NCBI GenBank assembly: GCA_038231455.1
Contig: JBBRLI010000015.1
Coordinates: 12,148-76,147, forward strand
Direction of reading: 5' to 3'
Source of the DNA: Vulcanimicrobiales bacterium
GTDB taxonomy: Bacteria > Vulcanimicrobiota > Vulcanimicrobiia > Vulcanimicrobiales > Vulcanimicrobiaceae
DNA length: 64,000 bases
Position numbers and translations under genes: made by a program
Part shown: positions 9,375-17,761 of the stretch, in pieces
How positions within the stretch are numbered: the first letter of the stretch is position 1
How the letters are laid out: every line of letters starts with the position of its first letter
The notes under the pieces: model-generated
Told to the model about the DNA's origin: nothing
Databases searched by the model: none
What the model saw: the letters and a program-made list of their open reading frames with translations, nothing else

Positions 9375-10111
9375 TAGTGGCCTCCGCCAAGGTATGCGTC
9401 GATGACGCGTTTGTCCGTGCGCACCTCATCGTAGGCGCCTTCGATGAGAATCTGCCCGCGCTGCATCACGGTGATCTTCGTGCATAAATCCGCGACAACG
9501 CGCAAATTGTGTTCGACCAGCACGATCGTTCTGCCGACGGCGACTGCACGGACGAGTTCCACGACGCGCTCGACATCGTCGATCGCCATGCCGGCCGTGG
9601 GTTCATCGAGTAGCAACACTTTGGGATCTTGCGCGAGGGCGATTGCGAGTTCGAGTGCGCGTTTGCGGCCGTACGAAAGTTCGACGGCGGGCTGTGCGGC
9701 ATAGGATTCGAGGCCGAGCCGTGCGAGGATCTGGAGCGCCGGATCGTCGAGTACCGCGGTTGCTTTCGCCGGCGCGACGAGTTGGCGCGAGAGCGAGGTC
9801 TTCGCCTGCAGCGAGATTTTCACGTTATCGAGCACGGTGAGATGCGGGAAGATGCTATTGATTTGAAAACTGCGCACCATGCCGCGCCGCGCGATCGCCG
9901 CCGGGCCGATGTGGGTGACATCGGAGCCGTCGAAGTGGACGGTGCCGCTCGTCGGTGCAATGAAGCCCGAAAGAAGATTGAAGAGCGTCGTCTTGCCCGC
10001 ACCGTTGGGGCCAATGATCGCGTGGATCGCGCCTTCGGCGACGCGAAACGAGACATCGGAAACCGCGCGAAATCCCGCGAACTGCTTGGTAAGGGCGTGC
10101 GTTTCGATCAC
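9374..10111 (-). CDS. livG: Branched-chain amino acid ABC ATP-binding protein (LivG-like)
   Basis: GPNGAGKT, LSYG, LLDEPTAGM, VEHN, C-terminal AYLG. Confidence 0.95.
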   Translation of the reverse strand: MIETHALTKQFAGFRAVSDVSFRVAEGAIHAIIGPNGAGKTTLFNLLSGFIAPTSGTVHFDGSDVTHIGPAAIARRGMVRSFQINSIFPHLTVLDNVKISLQAKTSLSRQLVAPAKATAVLDDPALQILARLGLESYAAQPAVELSYGRKRALELAIALAQDPKVLLLDEPTAGMAIDDVERVVELVRAVAVGRTIVLVEHNLRVVADLCTKITVMQRGQILIEGAYDEVRTDKRVIDAYLGGGH

Positions 10112-10149
10112 GAAACGGGGCTTCGCTCAGCGAAGCGAATTGCCCCCAC

Positions 10150-11457
10150 ATGGCCTGTCAACACTACGATATTCACGACGGCGGCGAGCGCGTGTTCGAG
10201 GTCGAGGCGCCGCGCATCAAGTACGGTCGCGGAGCGCTCGAAGAAGCGGGCGCCGAGGCGCGCGCGCTTGGCATGACGCGCGTCGCGCTCTTCAGCGACC
10301 CGCAGGTCGCGAAGCTGGCACCGTTTGCAACCGTGCAGAAGGCCTTACGCGAAGCGGGGATCGATGCGATCACGTACACGAATGCATCGGTCGAACCGAC
10401 GGATGTCTCGTTTCAAGACGCGGCGGCGTTCGCGGCCGATGGCAAATTCGACGGCTACATCTCGGTGGGTGGCGGCTCCTCGATCGACACGGCGAAAGCT
10501 GCCGACCTTTACGCGACGTATCCGACCGGCGATTTCCTCGACTACGTAAACGCGCCGATTGGCGGAGCAAAACCTATCCCCGGTCCGCTGCGTCCGCACA
10601 TCGCATGTCCGACGACTGCCGGAACCGGCAGTGAATGTACGGGCGTCACGATCTTCGATTTGCTGTCGCGTGAAGTGAAGACCGGGATCGCGTCCCGCTA
10701 CCTGCGTCCGTCGCTTGGGATCGTCGATCCGGATTGCACGCGCACGCTTCCGGCAGGCGTCGTAGCTTGCGCGGGCTTCGACGTCCTCGCACACGCACTC
10801 GAATCGTTTACCGCCCGGCCGTACACCGCCCGCGATCGCACGCCAATCGGCGTGTCACGTCCACTCTCGCAGGGCGCGAATCCGTATAGCGATATCGCCT
10901 GCCTAGAAGCGCTGCGCATTCTCGGCGAATATCTCGAGCGCGCGGTCGCCGATGCAGCCGACGACGTAGCGCGCGAGCGGATGATGTTTGCGGCAACGCT
11001 TGCGGGTATCGGCTTCGGCAACTCTGGCGTTCACGCGCCACACGGCATGGCCTACGCGGTCGCCGGGCTCGTGCGCGAGTATCACGCTCCGTCGTATCCG
11101 GGCAACGCACCGATCGTGCCGCACGGTATGTCGGTCATCGTAACCGCTCCCGCAGTTTTTCGTTTCATGGCCGAGGCTGCACCCGAGCGCCATATCGACG
11201 GAGCCCGCGCTCTCGGCGCAGCGGGCGCGTCAGTCGCGCTGAACGAGGCCGGCGACTTCCTTGCGGCTCGAGTCATCGAATTGATGCGCGCGACGAACAT
11301 CCCAAACGGGCTCGGCGGCGTCGGGTATGTGCCGAGTGACCTGAACGAGCTTACCGAGGGCGCCTTCGCACAACAGCGGCTTTTGATGAACGCTCCGCGC
11401 CACGTCGATCGTTTGACGCTGCACCGCCTGTTTGAAAAAGCGCTTTCGTACTGGTAA
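10150..11457 (+). CDS. Hydroxyacid-oxoacid transhydrogenase (iron-containing ADH family, ADHFE1-like)
   Basis: GGGSSID, PTTAGTGSE, DVLAHALESFTA, GFGNSGVH..HGM and VPHGMSV motifs. Confidence 0.9.
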   Translation: MACQHYDIHDGGERVFEVEAPRIKYGRGALEEAGAEARALGMTRVALFSDPQVAKLAPFATVQKALREAGIDAITYTNASVEPTDVSFQDAAAFAADGKFDGYISVGGGSSIDTAKAADLYATYPTGDFLDYVNAPIGGAKPIPGPLRPHIACPTTAGTGSECTGVTIFDLLSREVKTGIASRYLRPSLGIVDPDCTRTLPAGVVACAGFDVLAHALESFTARPYTARDRTPIGVSRPLSQGANPYSDIACLEALRILGEYLERAVADAADDVARERMMFAATLAGIGFGNSGVHAPHGMAYAVAGLVREYHAPSYPGNAPIVPHGMSVIVTAPAVFRFMAEAAPERHIDGARALGAAGASVALNEAGDFLAARVIELMRATNIPNGLGGVGYVPSDLNELTEGAFAQQRLLMNAPRHVDRLTLHRLFEKALSYW

Positions 11458-11459
11458 CC

Positions 11460-11990
11460 TTACTCGTTCAGCACCCGGATTACCGAGAGCAATGCGAAGT
11501 CGTGGGCCGGATTTTTGGGGTGTTGAAACGTGATGCGTGCGTTGCCGTTTACGATGGTAAGCGTCGCAGAGATGCGGAGCAAAGCGGTTTGATTTGCATC
11601 ACCGAAGAAATCGACGGAAAAATTTGCGTGCGCGGGCCGATCGACACGATCGACACGTATCGCTCCCCAAGTGTCCTCTCGCGTCCACCTACCGCTCTTT
11701 ACTGCGACGGTCACGGAGCGGAGCGGGCCGGTCCGGAGGTGAGGGCCGAAATAGATGCCGGCGGTCATTTGTTTTAAACGACCACGATAGAATGTCGACG
11801 CGCTGATGCGAACGTTCTTAGGAAGCCAGTGCACCGATGTCGCATTCTCGACGCGAAACGGCGTCGGATCGATCCTGACGGTCGCTGCAAGTCCGTCACG
11901 CTTGACGGTCGCCGTCGCCGCACACACGGCGGCGGTGTTCGATACAACGAACCCAAGAACGATTGCTAAGACAAAACTTCGTCGAATCAT
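11460..11990 (-). CDS. Hypothetical exported protein
   Basis: MIRRSFVLAIVLGFVVSNTAA signal-like N-terminus (RRxF); beta-rich remainder; no recognised motif. Confidence 0.55.
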   Translation of the reverse strand: MIRRSFVLAIVLGFVVSNTAAVCAATATVKRDGLAATVRIDPTPFRVENATSVHWLPKNVRISASTFYRGRLKQMTAGIYFGPHLRTGPLRSVTVAVKSGRWTREDTWGAIRVDRVDRPAHANFSVDFFGDANQTALLRISATLTIVNGNARITFQHPKNPAHDFALLSVIRVLNE

Positions 11991-12087
11991 TCGGTCACCC
12001 GCAAGATGATGAATGGGCGTTAGGTTCGCGTCGGACGCCTTGGTACCCCGGAAGGAAACAAGACCCAAGATCAAGGAAATTAAAACT

Positions 12088-12657
12088 ATGAAATTAGTTG
12101 CAAGAGGGCTCGGCGGTCTGCTTTTTTTGTTCGCGATCATCACCGCACAGATAACTCAACCGGTGCGCGCGCAGACGGTTGGGGTGGCCAGCGCGGACTA
12201 TGTTTCGCGTCTGGCTTCTTCGCTACGGGGGCGCTGGCTGGGCTCACTTGAATATCGCGACTATCAATCGAACACACGCGTTTCGTTGCCGACGCTCCTT
12301 GATGTAACTACGGATACGAATGGTTCGCTCGCACTTGCGTATACATTCGATGATGGCAATGGGAAGATCGTCCGCGAACACGAGATCGTGCATATCGATT
12401 CGGTTGCAGCAACCTACGTGGTCACAAACGAGGACAAGTCGAGCGATCCCTACAGCATCGCTTCGGTTAATCCGTTCGACGTGGCCGGGAAAACGCAAGT
12501 AGTGCTGCTCGGGCACGGGACCGACAACGACCGCCCGGCTGAGGTGCGTGAAACACTGACAATCACCCCGAAAGCCATGACGATGCTTCGCGAAGTGCGC
12601 GCCGCGGGCGGCGAATATCTCTTCCGTCATCGCTACGCATTCTCGCGCTTGCAATAG
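12088..12657 (+). CDS. Hypothetical secreted protein, probably beta-barrel-like
   Basis: Signal peptide ending VRA; G.W.GSLEYRDYQS motif; AAGGA upstream. Confidence 0.7.
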   Translation: MKLVARGLGGLLFLFAIITAQITQPVRAQTVGVASADYVSRLASSLRGRWLGSLEYRDYQSNTRVSLPTLLDVTTDTNGSLALAYTFDDGNGKIVREHEIVHIDSVAATYVVTNEDKSSDPYSIASVNPFDVAGKTQVVLLGHGTDNDRPAEVRETLTITPKAMTMLREVRAAGGEYLFRHRYAFSRLQ

Positions 12658-12669
12658 GCGACGCGGCGG

Positions 12670-13560
12670 TCACGACGTGTAGTCTGCAAGCCATCGGCGC
12701 GTGACGAAAATTCGCCCTTCGCGTACGGTGTGTCGAAGCCGGCCGCGCTGCGCCGCTTTGTAAAATCGTGCCACGTGACTGCGTGGGACGAGCGATGCGA
12801 GCGCCACCAGTTCGTCTGCAGGATCGTCGGTTGCGCGGCTGGCGAGGAGGGCCTCGATCGTATGGATCAGCGCACGCTCGACAATCCGCTCGAGATGCAT
12901 CGCTTCCCCCGCGTGCGCGCGGTCGATCGCCGGCTGATACGTATTGTGTTCGCGCGCGGGAAGAACGAGTGGCGGCAGGCCGCGTCGCGCGAGTAAAGCA
13001 TTCGCGATCAGCCGAGAGACGCGGCCGTTGGCACTAGCAAAGGGCAACACACGCGTGAATCGGGCGAGGGCGTTTGCGATCCAGCGTGCCGTGTCTTCGT
13101 CTGCGACCGCATGGGCGAAGCGTTCTAAGAAGACGTCGACGTCGCGCGGCACGAGCCACGGCGGCGGGGCGACGACGCCGTCGGCGAGTGAGACGGTGGC
13201 GTTGCGCCACGCGCCTGGCGCAGCGGATTCGCTCCTCGCGGCCAGCGTGTGAAACTGCCGGATGTCAGCTAGCGCGAGGAGCGGCCGTGGATCGCCCGTC
13301 GCAAACGGTAGACGTGAGGCAGCGTAGTCCGCTGCCGCAGCATAGTCACGCACGAGCAAGTAGTCGGCGAGCGGGTAATCGCCGGTCGCGATCCCGCGAT
13401 CGAGGAGGGCGTTGATCGCGGGTCGGTCGAGGGCCGACCCGGCAAGGACGGTCGATTGGAAGATTTCGTCGCGCCGGATATCGCGCCAAGCGCGGGCCAT
13501 CGTCGCCTGCGGTGGCGCGACGCGGACGGCGGCGATTAGCCTCCCAAGGTGAACGGACAT
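12670..13560 (-). CDS. Fic-domain protein with degenerate active site and C-terminal HTH-like domain
   Basis: RVLPFASANGRVSR versus canonical HPFxxGNGRxxR; C-terminal KAAQRGRL...GRIFVTRRWLADY resembles an excisionase-type HTH. Confidence 0.8.
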   Translation of the reverse strand: MSVHLGRLIAAVRVAPPQATMARAWRDIRRDEIFQSTVLAGSALDRPAINALLDRGIATGDYPLADYLLVRDYAAAADYAASRLPFATGDPRPLLALADIRQFHTLAARSESAAPGAWRNATVSLADGVVAPPPWLVPRDVDVFLERFAHAVADEDTARWIANALARFTRVLPFASANGRVSRLIANALLARRGLPPLVLPAREHNTYQPAIDRAHAGEAMHLERIVERALIHTIEALLASRATDDPADELVALASLVPRSHVARFYKAAQRGRLRHTVREGRIFVTRRWLADYTS

Positions 13561-13569
13561 CGTGTCTAC

Positions 13570-13598
13570 ATTATACCAAAAATAGATTCTGTGGACAA
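13570..13598 (-). promoter_or_regulatory. Sigma70-type promoter TTGTCC-N17-TATAAT with extended -10 (TGn) for the Fic-HTH gene
   Basis: Minus strand reads TTGTCC ACAGAATCTATTTTTGG TATAAT GTAGACACG ATG. Confidence 0.75.
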
Positions 13599-13640
13599 AT
13601 GTAGTCACCGGTTTGAGAGGCGCCGCCGTTGATTGTTGTG

Positions 13641-16600
13641 ATGCAAGCACGATCTGCCTACTTAGAAGCTCTCGCCAAGCGCGTTCTCGTCTTTGACGGA
13701 GCTATGGGCACCCAGCTCATGGACCTGGAGCTTACCAACGACGATTTTGGCGGCGTTAAGTATCACGGCTGCAACGAGGCGATCGTCTTAAGCCGCCCGG
13801 ATCTCATCGAAAAGATCCACGACGATTATTTCGCCGCTGGGGCCGACGTGGTTGAGACGGACACGTTTACGGCCTCGCGCCTCAAACTCGATGAGTACGG
13901 CCTCGGACACCAAACGGCCGCGATCAACACCAACGCCGCGCAAATGGCGCGTCGCTCGGCCGACAAGTATTCGACCCCCGAAAAACCGCGCTTTGTCGCC
14001 GGTTCGATGGGCCCGACGGGGATGCTCATCTCCTCATCCGATCCGACGCTCTCGAAAATCACCTTCGATGAACTCGCCGATCTCTACGGCGAGCAGGCCC
14101 GCTACCTCGTCGAAGGCGGCGTCGATCTCTTGTTGCTCGAGACGAGCCAAGATTTGCTTGAAATGAAAGCCGCGATCGCCGGCATCGTGCGGCAATTCGA
14201 TCGCGGTCTTGCGCGCGTGCCAATCCAGGCGCAAGCGACGCTTGATGTCACTGGACGCATGCTGCTCGGCACCGATATCCGCGCGGTAACGGCGACGCTC
14301 GACGCCCTGCAGATCGACGTCATCGGTCTCAATTGTTCGACCGGTCCGACGCACATGCGCGATGCCGTGCGGTTTCTTGTCGATAACTCGCGCTGTTTTG
14401 TCAGCGTCATTCCGAACGCCGGCTTGCCGATCATGGGACCCAAGGGCGAGACGATCTATCCTGAAAAGCCCGACGAGATGGCGCGCGAGTTAGGCGCCTT
14501 CGTGACGGACTTTGGCGTCAACGCGATTGGCGGCTGTTGCGGAACAACGCCCGCGCACATTGCGGCCTTTGTTGCTGATGTCGCTGGAAAAGTCGGGCGT
14601 CTGCCGGAGCCAAAACCGCTGCAGTTCGCGTCATCTGCAATGACCGCGGTTGCGCTCAAACAAGACGGCAGCGTCACCATCGTCGGCGAGCGACTCAATA
14701 GCCAAGGCTCGCGTAAGATCAAACGTCTTTTGCTTGCCGATGATTATGATGAGATGATGCTCGTCGCACGCGAGCAAGTCGAAGGCGGCGCGCATCTGCT
14801 CGACGTCTGCGTCGCACTCACCGAGCGCGTCGACGAAGACGTGCAGATGCATACGCTGGTGAAAAAGCTGGCGCAGTCGACCGAAGCGCCGCTGATGATC
14901 GATTCGACCGAAGCAAACGTCATCGAAGCAGCACTCAAAATGTACGCGGGACGCGCGATCGTGAACTCGATCAACCTCGAGAACGGTCGCAAGAAAATTG
15001 ACGAAGTGATGCCGCTCGTACGCGAAGCCGGCGCCGCCGTCGTCGCGCTCACGATCGATGAGACCGGGATGGCCAAGACGCGCGAGCAAAAACTCGATGT
15101 CGCGCGACGCATCTACGCCATCGTTTGCGGCGAGTTCCAAGTTCCGCCCGGCGCACTGATTTTCGATGATCTTACGTTCACGCTCGCAACCGGCGAAGCG
15201 GAATTCCTTGACTCGGCGATCGAGACGATCGAAGGCATCCGCCTCATCAAGCAAGAGCTGCCCGGCGTCCTCACCTCACTTGGTCTCTCGAACGTGTCGT
15301 TTGGCCTCAAGCCGCACGCGCGCGCGGCACTCAATTCGGTGATGCTCCATCACTGCGTCGAGGCCGGCCTCGACATGGCGCTTGCCAATGCCAAAGAAAT
15401 CACGCCGTACGCCGAGCTTCCAAACGAAGAGCGCGAACTCTGCGATGATCTTGTGTTTAACCGCCGTCCCGATGCGCTTCAACGCGTCATCGAACATTGG
15501 GAAACCAAAAAGAGCGACGGATCGAGTGCGAGTGGCACGATGGACGACGACCTCGACCTGCCGATGGAAGCGCGCATCCACAATGCGATCTTGCGCCGTC
15601 GCAAAGACGGGATCGAAGCGAAGATTGATGAGGTGCTGGAGCGCCGCGATCCAGTCGACGTGCTCAACAATGTGCTTCTCCCGGCGATGAAAGAAGTCGG
15701 CGACAAATTCGGCGCCGGCGAGTTGATCTTGCCGTTCGTGCTGCAGTCGGCTGAAGTGATGAAGAAGGCAGTCGCGCATCTCGAACAATTTCTTGAAAAG
15801 ACCGAAGGCGTCACCAAAGGCAAAGTCGTGCTCGCAACCGTGTTCGGCGACGTCCACGACATCGGCAAGAACCTCGTTTTCACGATTCTGACGAATAACG
15901 GCTACACGGTGTACGACCTCGGCAAACAAGTGCCGATGAATACGATTCTCGAAAAAGCCGTCGAAGTGAACGCCGATGCGATCGGTTTATCCGCGCTGTT
16001 AGTCTCGACGTCCAAGCAAATGCCCATCTGCGTGAAAGAACAGGATGCACGCGGCCTTGCGTACCCAATCGTCGTCGGAGGCGCGGCGATCAACCGCGAC
16101 TTCGGCCGCCGCATCTCGTTCCTCGATGATGGCAATCGCTATTTTGAGGCCGGTCTGTATTACGCGAAGGACGCGTTCGAGGGTCTCGAGATTATGGATC
16201 AGCTCACCGGCGATCCGGAACGCCGCGCGCGCTTCATCGAAACGAAAAAGAAAGAAGCGGAGAAATCGCGCGATGCAAGTCGCGCTGCCGTGGCCGCTCC
16301 GGTCGGCGATGGCCGCAACGCCCGCGAGCATCTTACGATCGTCGAGCCGCCGTTGCCGCCATTTTACGGTCCGCGCACGATTACCGATATCGACGTCCGC
16401 GAACTCTGGGGTCATTTCGATCTGAAGAGTTTATACCGTCTCTCGTGGGGCGGCGCGAATCAAAAAGGCGCCGATTGGGAAAAACTCGTCGCGGAAGAAT
16501 TCGATCCGCGTCTAGCACGGTACAAACAACAAGCGGAGGCCTCGCCGTTACTCGAGCCGCGCGTCGTCTACGGCTACTATCCCGCCGCCGGATCGGGCGA

Positions 16601-17129
16601 CGATATTATCGTTTACGATCCGAACGACCGCACGCGCGAGATCGCGCGCTTTCCGTTTACGCGTCAAATCGGCGGCGAACATCTGTGTCTTGCCGACTAC
16701 TTACGCGAACCAATCGACGGCGGAGCAAGCGACGTGATCGCACTCCAAGTCGTGACGATGGGGCGCGATGTTTCTCGCAAGATCGACGAGCTGCAAGCCA
16801 AGAGCGACTACAGCGAATCGTACTTTCTCCACGGGTTCTCCGTGCAGTCGGCTGAGGCACTCGCGGAACACACCCATGCACGCGTGCGCCGCGAACTCGG
16901 CATCGACGATGGGCGCGGCAAACGCTATTCATGGGGCTATGGCGCATGCCCCGATCTCTCGCAGCACACGATCGTCTGGAATTTGCTGGATGCAGAAACC
17001 GCCATCGGCACCGAACTTACCGAAGCGTTCCAAATCGTGCCAGAACAATCGACGGCCGCGATCGTCATCCACCACCCACAGGCGAGCTACTTCAACGCCT
17101 CCGCCGTGCGCGAACTCGTCGGCGCTTAG
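13641..17129 (+). CDS. metH: Cobalamin-dependent methionine synthase
   Basis: DGAMGT, GLNCSTGP, GGCCGT, GDVHDIGKNLV B12-binding motif, RYSWGYGACPD activation domain. Confidence 0.97.
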   Translation: MQARSAYLEALAKRVLVFDGAMGTQLMDLELTNDDFGGVKYHGCNEAIVLSRPDLIEKIHDDYFAAGADVVETDTFTASRLKLDEYGLGHQTAAINTNAAQMARRSADKYSTPEKPRFVAGSMGPTGMLISSSDPTLSKITFDELADLYGEQARYLVEGGVDLLLLETSQDLLEMKAAIAGIVRQFDRGLARVPIQAQATLDVTGRMLLGTDIRAVTATLDALQIDVIGLNCSTGPTHMRDAVRFLVDNSRCFVSVIPNAGLPIMGPKGETIYPEKPDEMARELGAFVTDFGVNAIGGCCGTTPAHIAAFVADVAGKVGRLPEPKPLQFASSAMTAVALKQDGSVTIVGERLNSQGSRKIKRLLLADDYDEMMLVAREQVEGGAHLLDVCVALTERVDEDVQMHTLVKKLAQSTEAPLMIDSTEANVIEAALKMYAGRAIVNSINLENGRKKIDEVMPLVREAGAAVVALTIDETGMAKTREQKLDVARRIYAIVCGEFQVPPGALIFDDLTFTLATGEAEFLDSAIETIEGIRLIKQELPGVLTSLGLSNVSFGLKPHARAALNSVMLHHCVEAGLDMALANAKEITPYAELPNEERELCDDLVFNRRPDALQRVIEHWETKKSDGSSASGTMDDDLDLPMEARIHNAILRRRKDGIEAKIDEVLERRDPVDVLNNVLLPAMKEVGDKFGAGELILPFVLQSAEVMKKAVAHLEQFLEKTEGVTKGKVVLATVFGDVHDIGKNLVFTILTNNGYTVYDLGKQVPMNTILEKAVEVNADAIGLSALLVSTSKQMPICVKEQDARGLAYPIVVGGAAINRDFGRRISFLDDGNRYFEAGLYYAKDAFEGLEIMDQLTGDPERRARFIETKKKEAEKSRDASRAAVAAPVGDGRNAREHLTIVEPPLPPFYGPRTITDIDVRELWGHFDLKSLYRLSWGGANQKGADWEKLVAEEFDPRLARYKQQAEASPLLEPRVVYGYYPAAGSGDDIIVYDPNDRTREIARFPFTRQIGGEHLCLADYLREPIDGGASDVIALQVVTMGRDVSRKIDELQAKSDYSESYFLHGFSVQSAEALAEHTHARVRRELGIDDGRGKRYSWGYGACPDLSQHTIVWNLLDAETAIGTELTEAFQIVPEQSTAAIVIHHPQASYFNASAVRELVGA

Positions 17130-17135
17130 CGCGCC

Positions 17136-17288
17136 CTACGGTTTCGGCGGCGGCGGCGGTCGGGTGGGCGCCGTCAGCGCGGTTCCGCTCGGGAAAAGAC
17201 CGTCGTACATCGTCGGTAGCGGCTTGTAGTCGGATTTGGTGAGCCGCGCGAGACCCGCGCGGACGAGATTCGTAAGAAGTCACAGCAT
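17136..17288 (-). other. Candidate 50-codon small ORF with in-frame TGA at codon 3 (possible selenoprotein or gene remnant)
   Basis: ATG CTG TGA CTT CTT ACG... gives ML*LLTNLVRAGLARLTKSDYKPLPTMYDGLFPSGTALTAPTRPPPPPKP; host-like codons; hairpin downstream of the TGA. Confidence 0.3.
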
Positions 17289-17314
17289 ACGCTTATGAGA
17301 CGTCGAAGAGATCG

Positions 17315-17686
17315 ATGATGTCCACGTGCGTAGTCCTGGCCGGTCACGGCAGCCGGAATGCCGAGGCAAATGCCTCGCTCAAAAGCCTTGCGGGTGAACT
17401 CGAGCGCAAACTCGGCGAACGCACGTACCCGGCGTTCCTGGAAATGGCCGAGCCCTCGATCGAAACGACGATCAAAGGCTGCGTTATCTCCGGCGCCGAG
17501 CGCGTGGTTCTCGTGCCGTACTTCTTACATCCGGGAATGCACGTGCGCCGGGATCTCGTCGAAATCATCGACGTCGCCCGCCTCGCGTATCCAGCAGTTC
17601 AGTTCGAGATCAGCGACTTTTTTGGCTCGCACCCGGGCGTTCCCGACCTCCTGGCCGATCTCGCCCAACGCGCCGTCAAAGGTTAA
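17315..17686 (+). CDS. cbiX: Sirohydrochlorin chelatase, short single-domain CbiX/SirB type
   Basis: GHGSR, AFLEMAEPSI and PYFLHPGMHVRRDL motifs; 123 aa. Confidence 0.85.
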   Translation: MMSTCVVLAGHGSRNAEANASLKSLAGELERKLGERTYPAFLEMAEPSIETTIKGCVISGAERVVLVPYFLHPGMHVRRDLVEIIDVARLAYPAVQFEISDFFGSHPGVPDLLADLAQRAVKG

Positions 17687-17761
17687 GAGAGCGAGGGGGA
17701 AACCCGCGCACCCGGCGTATCCAAAGCCGAATTGTCCCGACCTATCTTTGGAGGCCCTCTT

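Noticed and set aside
13590-13598. DnaA box-like TTGTCCACA
   Set aside because: Single one-mismatch copy coinciding with a -35 element; no box cluster or dnaA/dnaN context.
17690-17761. Riboswitch or T-box upstream of the second liv operon
   Set aside because: Only about 75 nt with one 7-bp stem (TCCAAAG/CTTTGGA); no T-box or leader-peptide signature.
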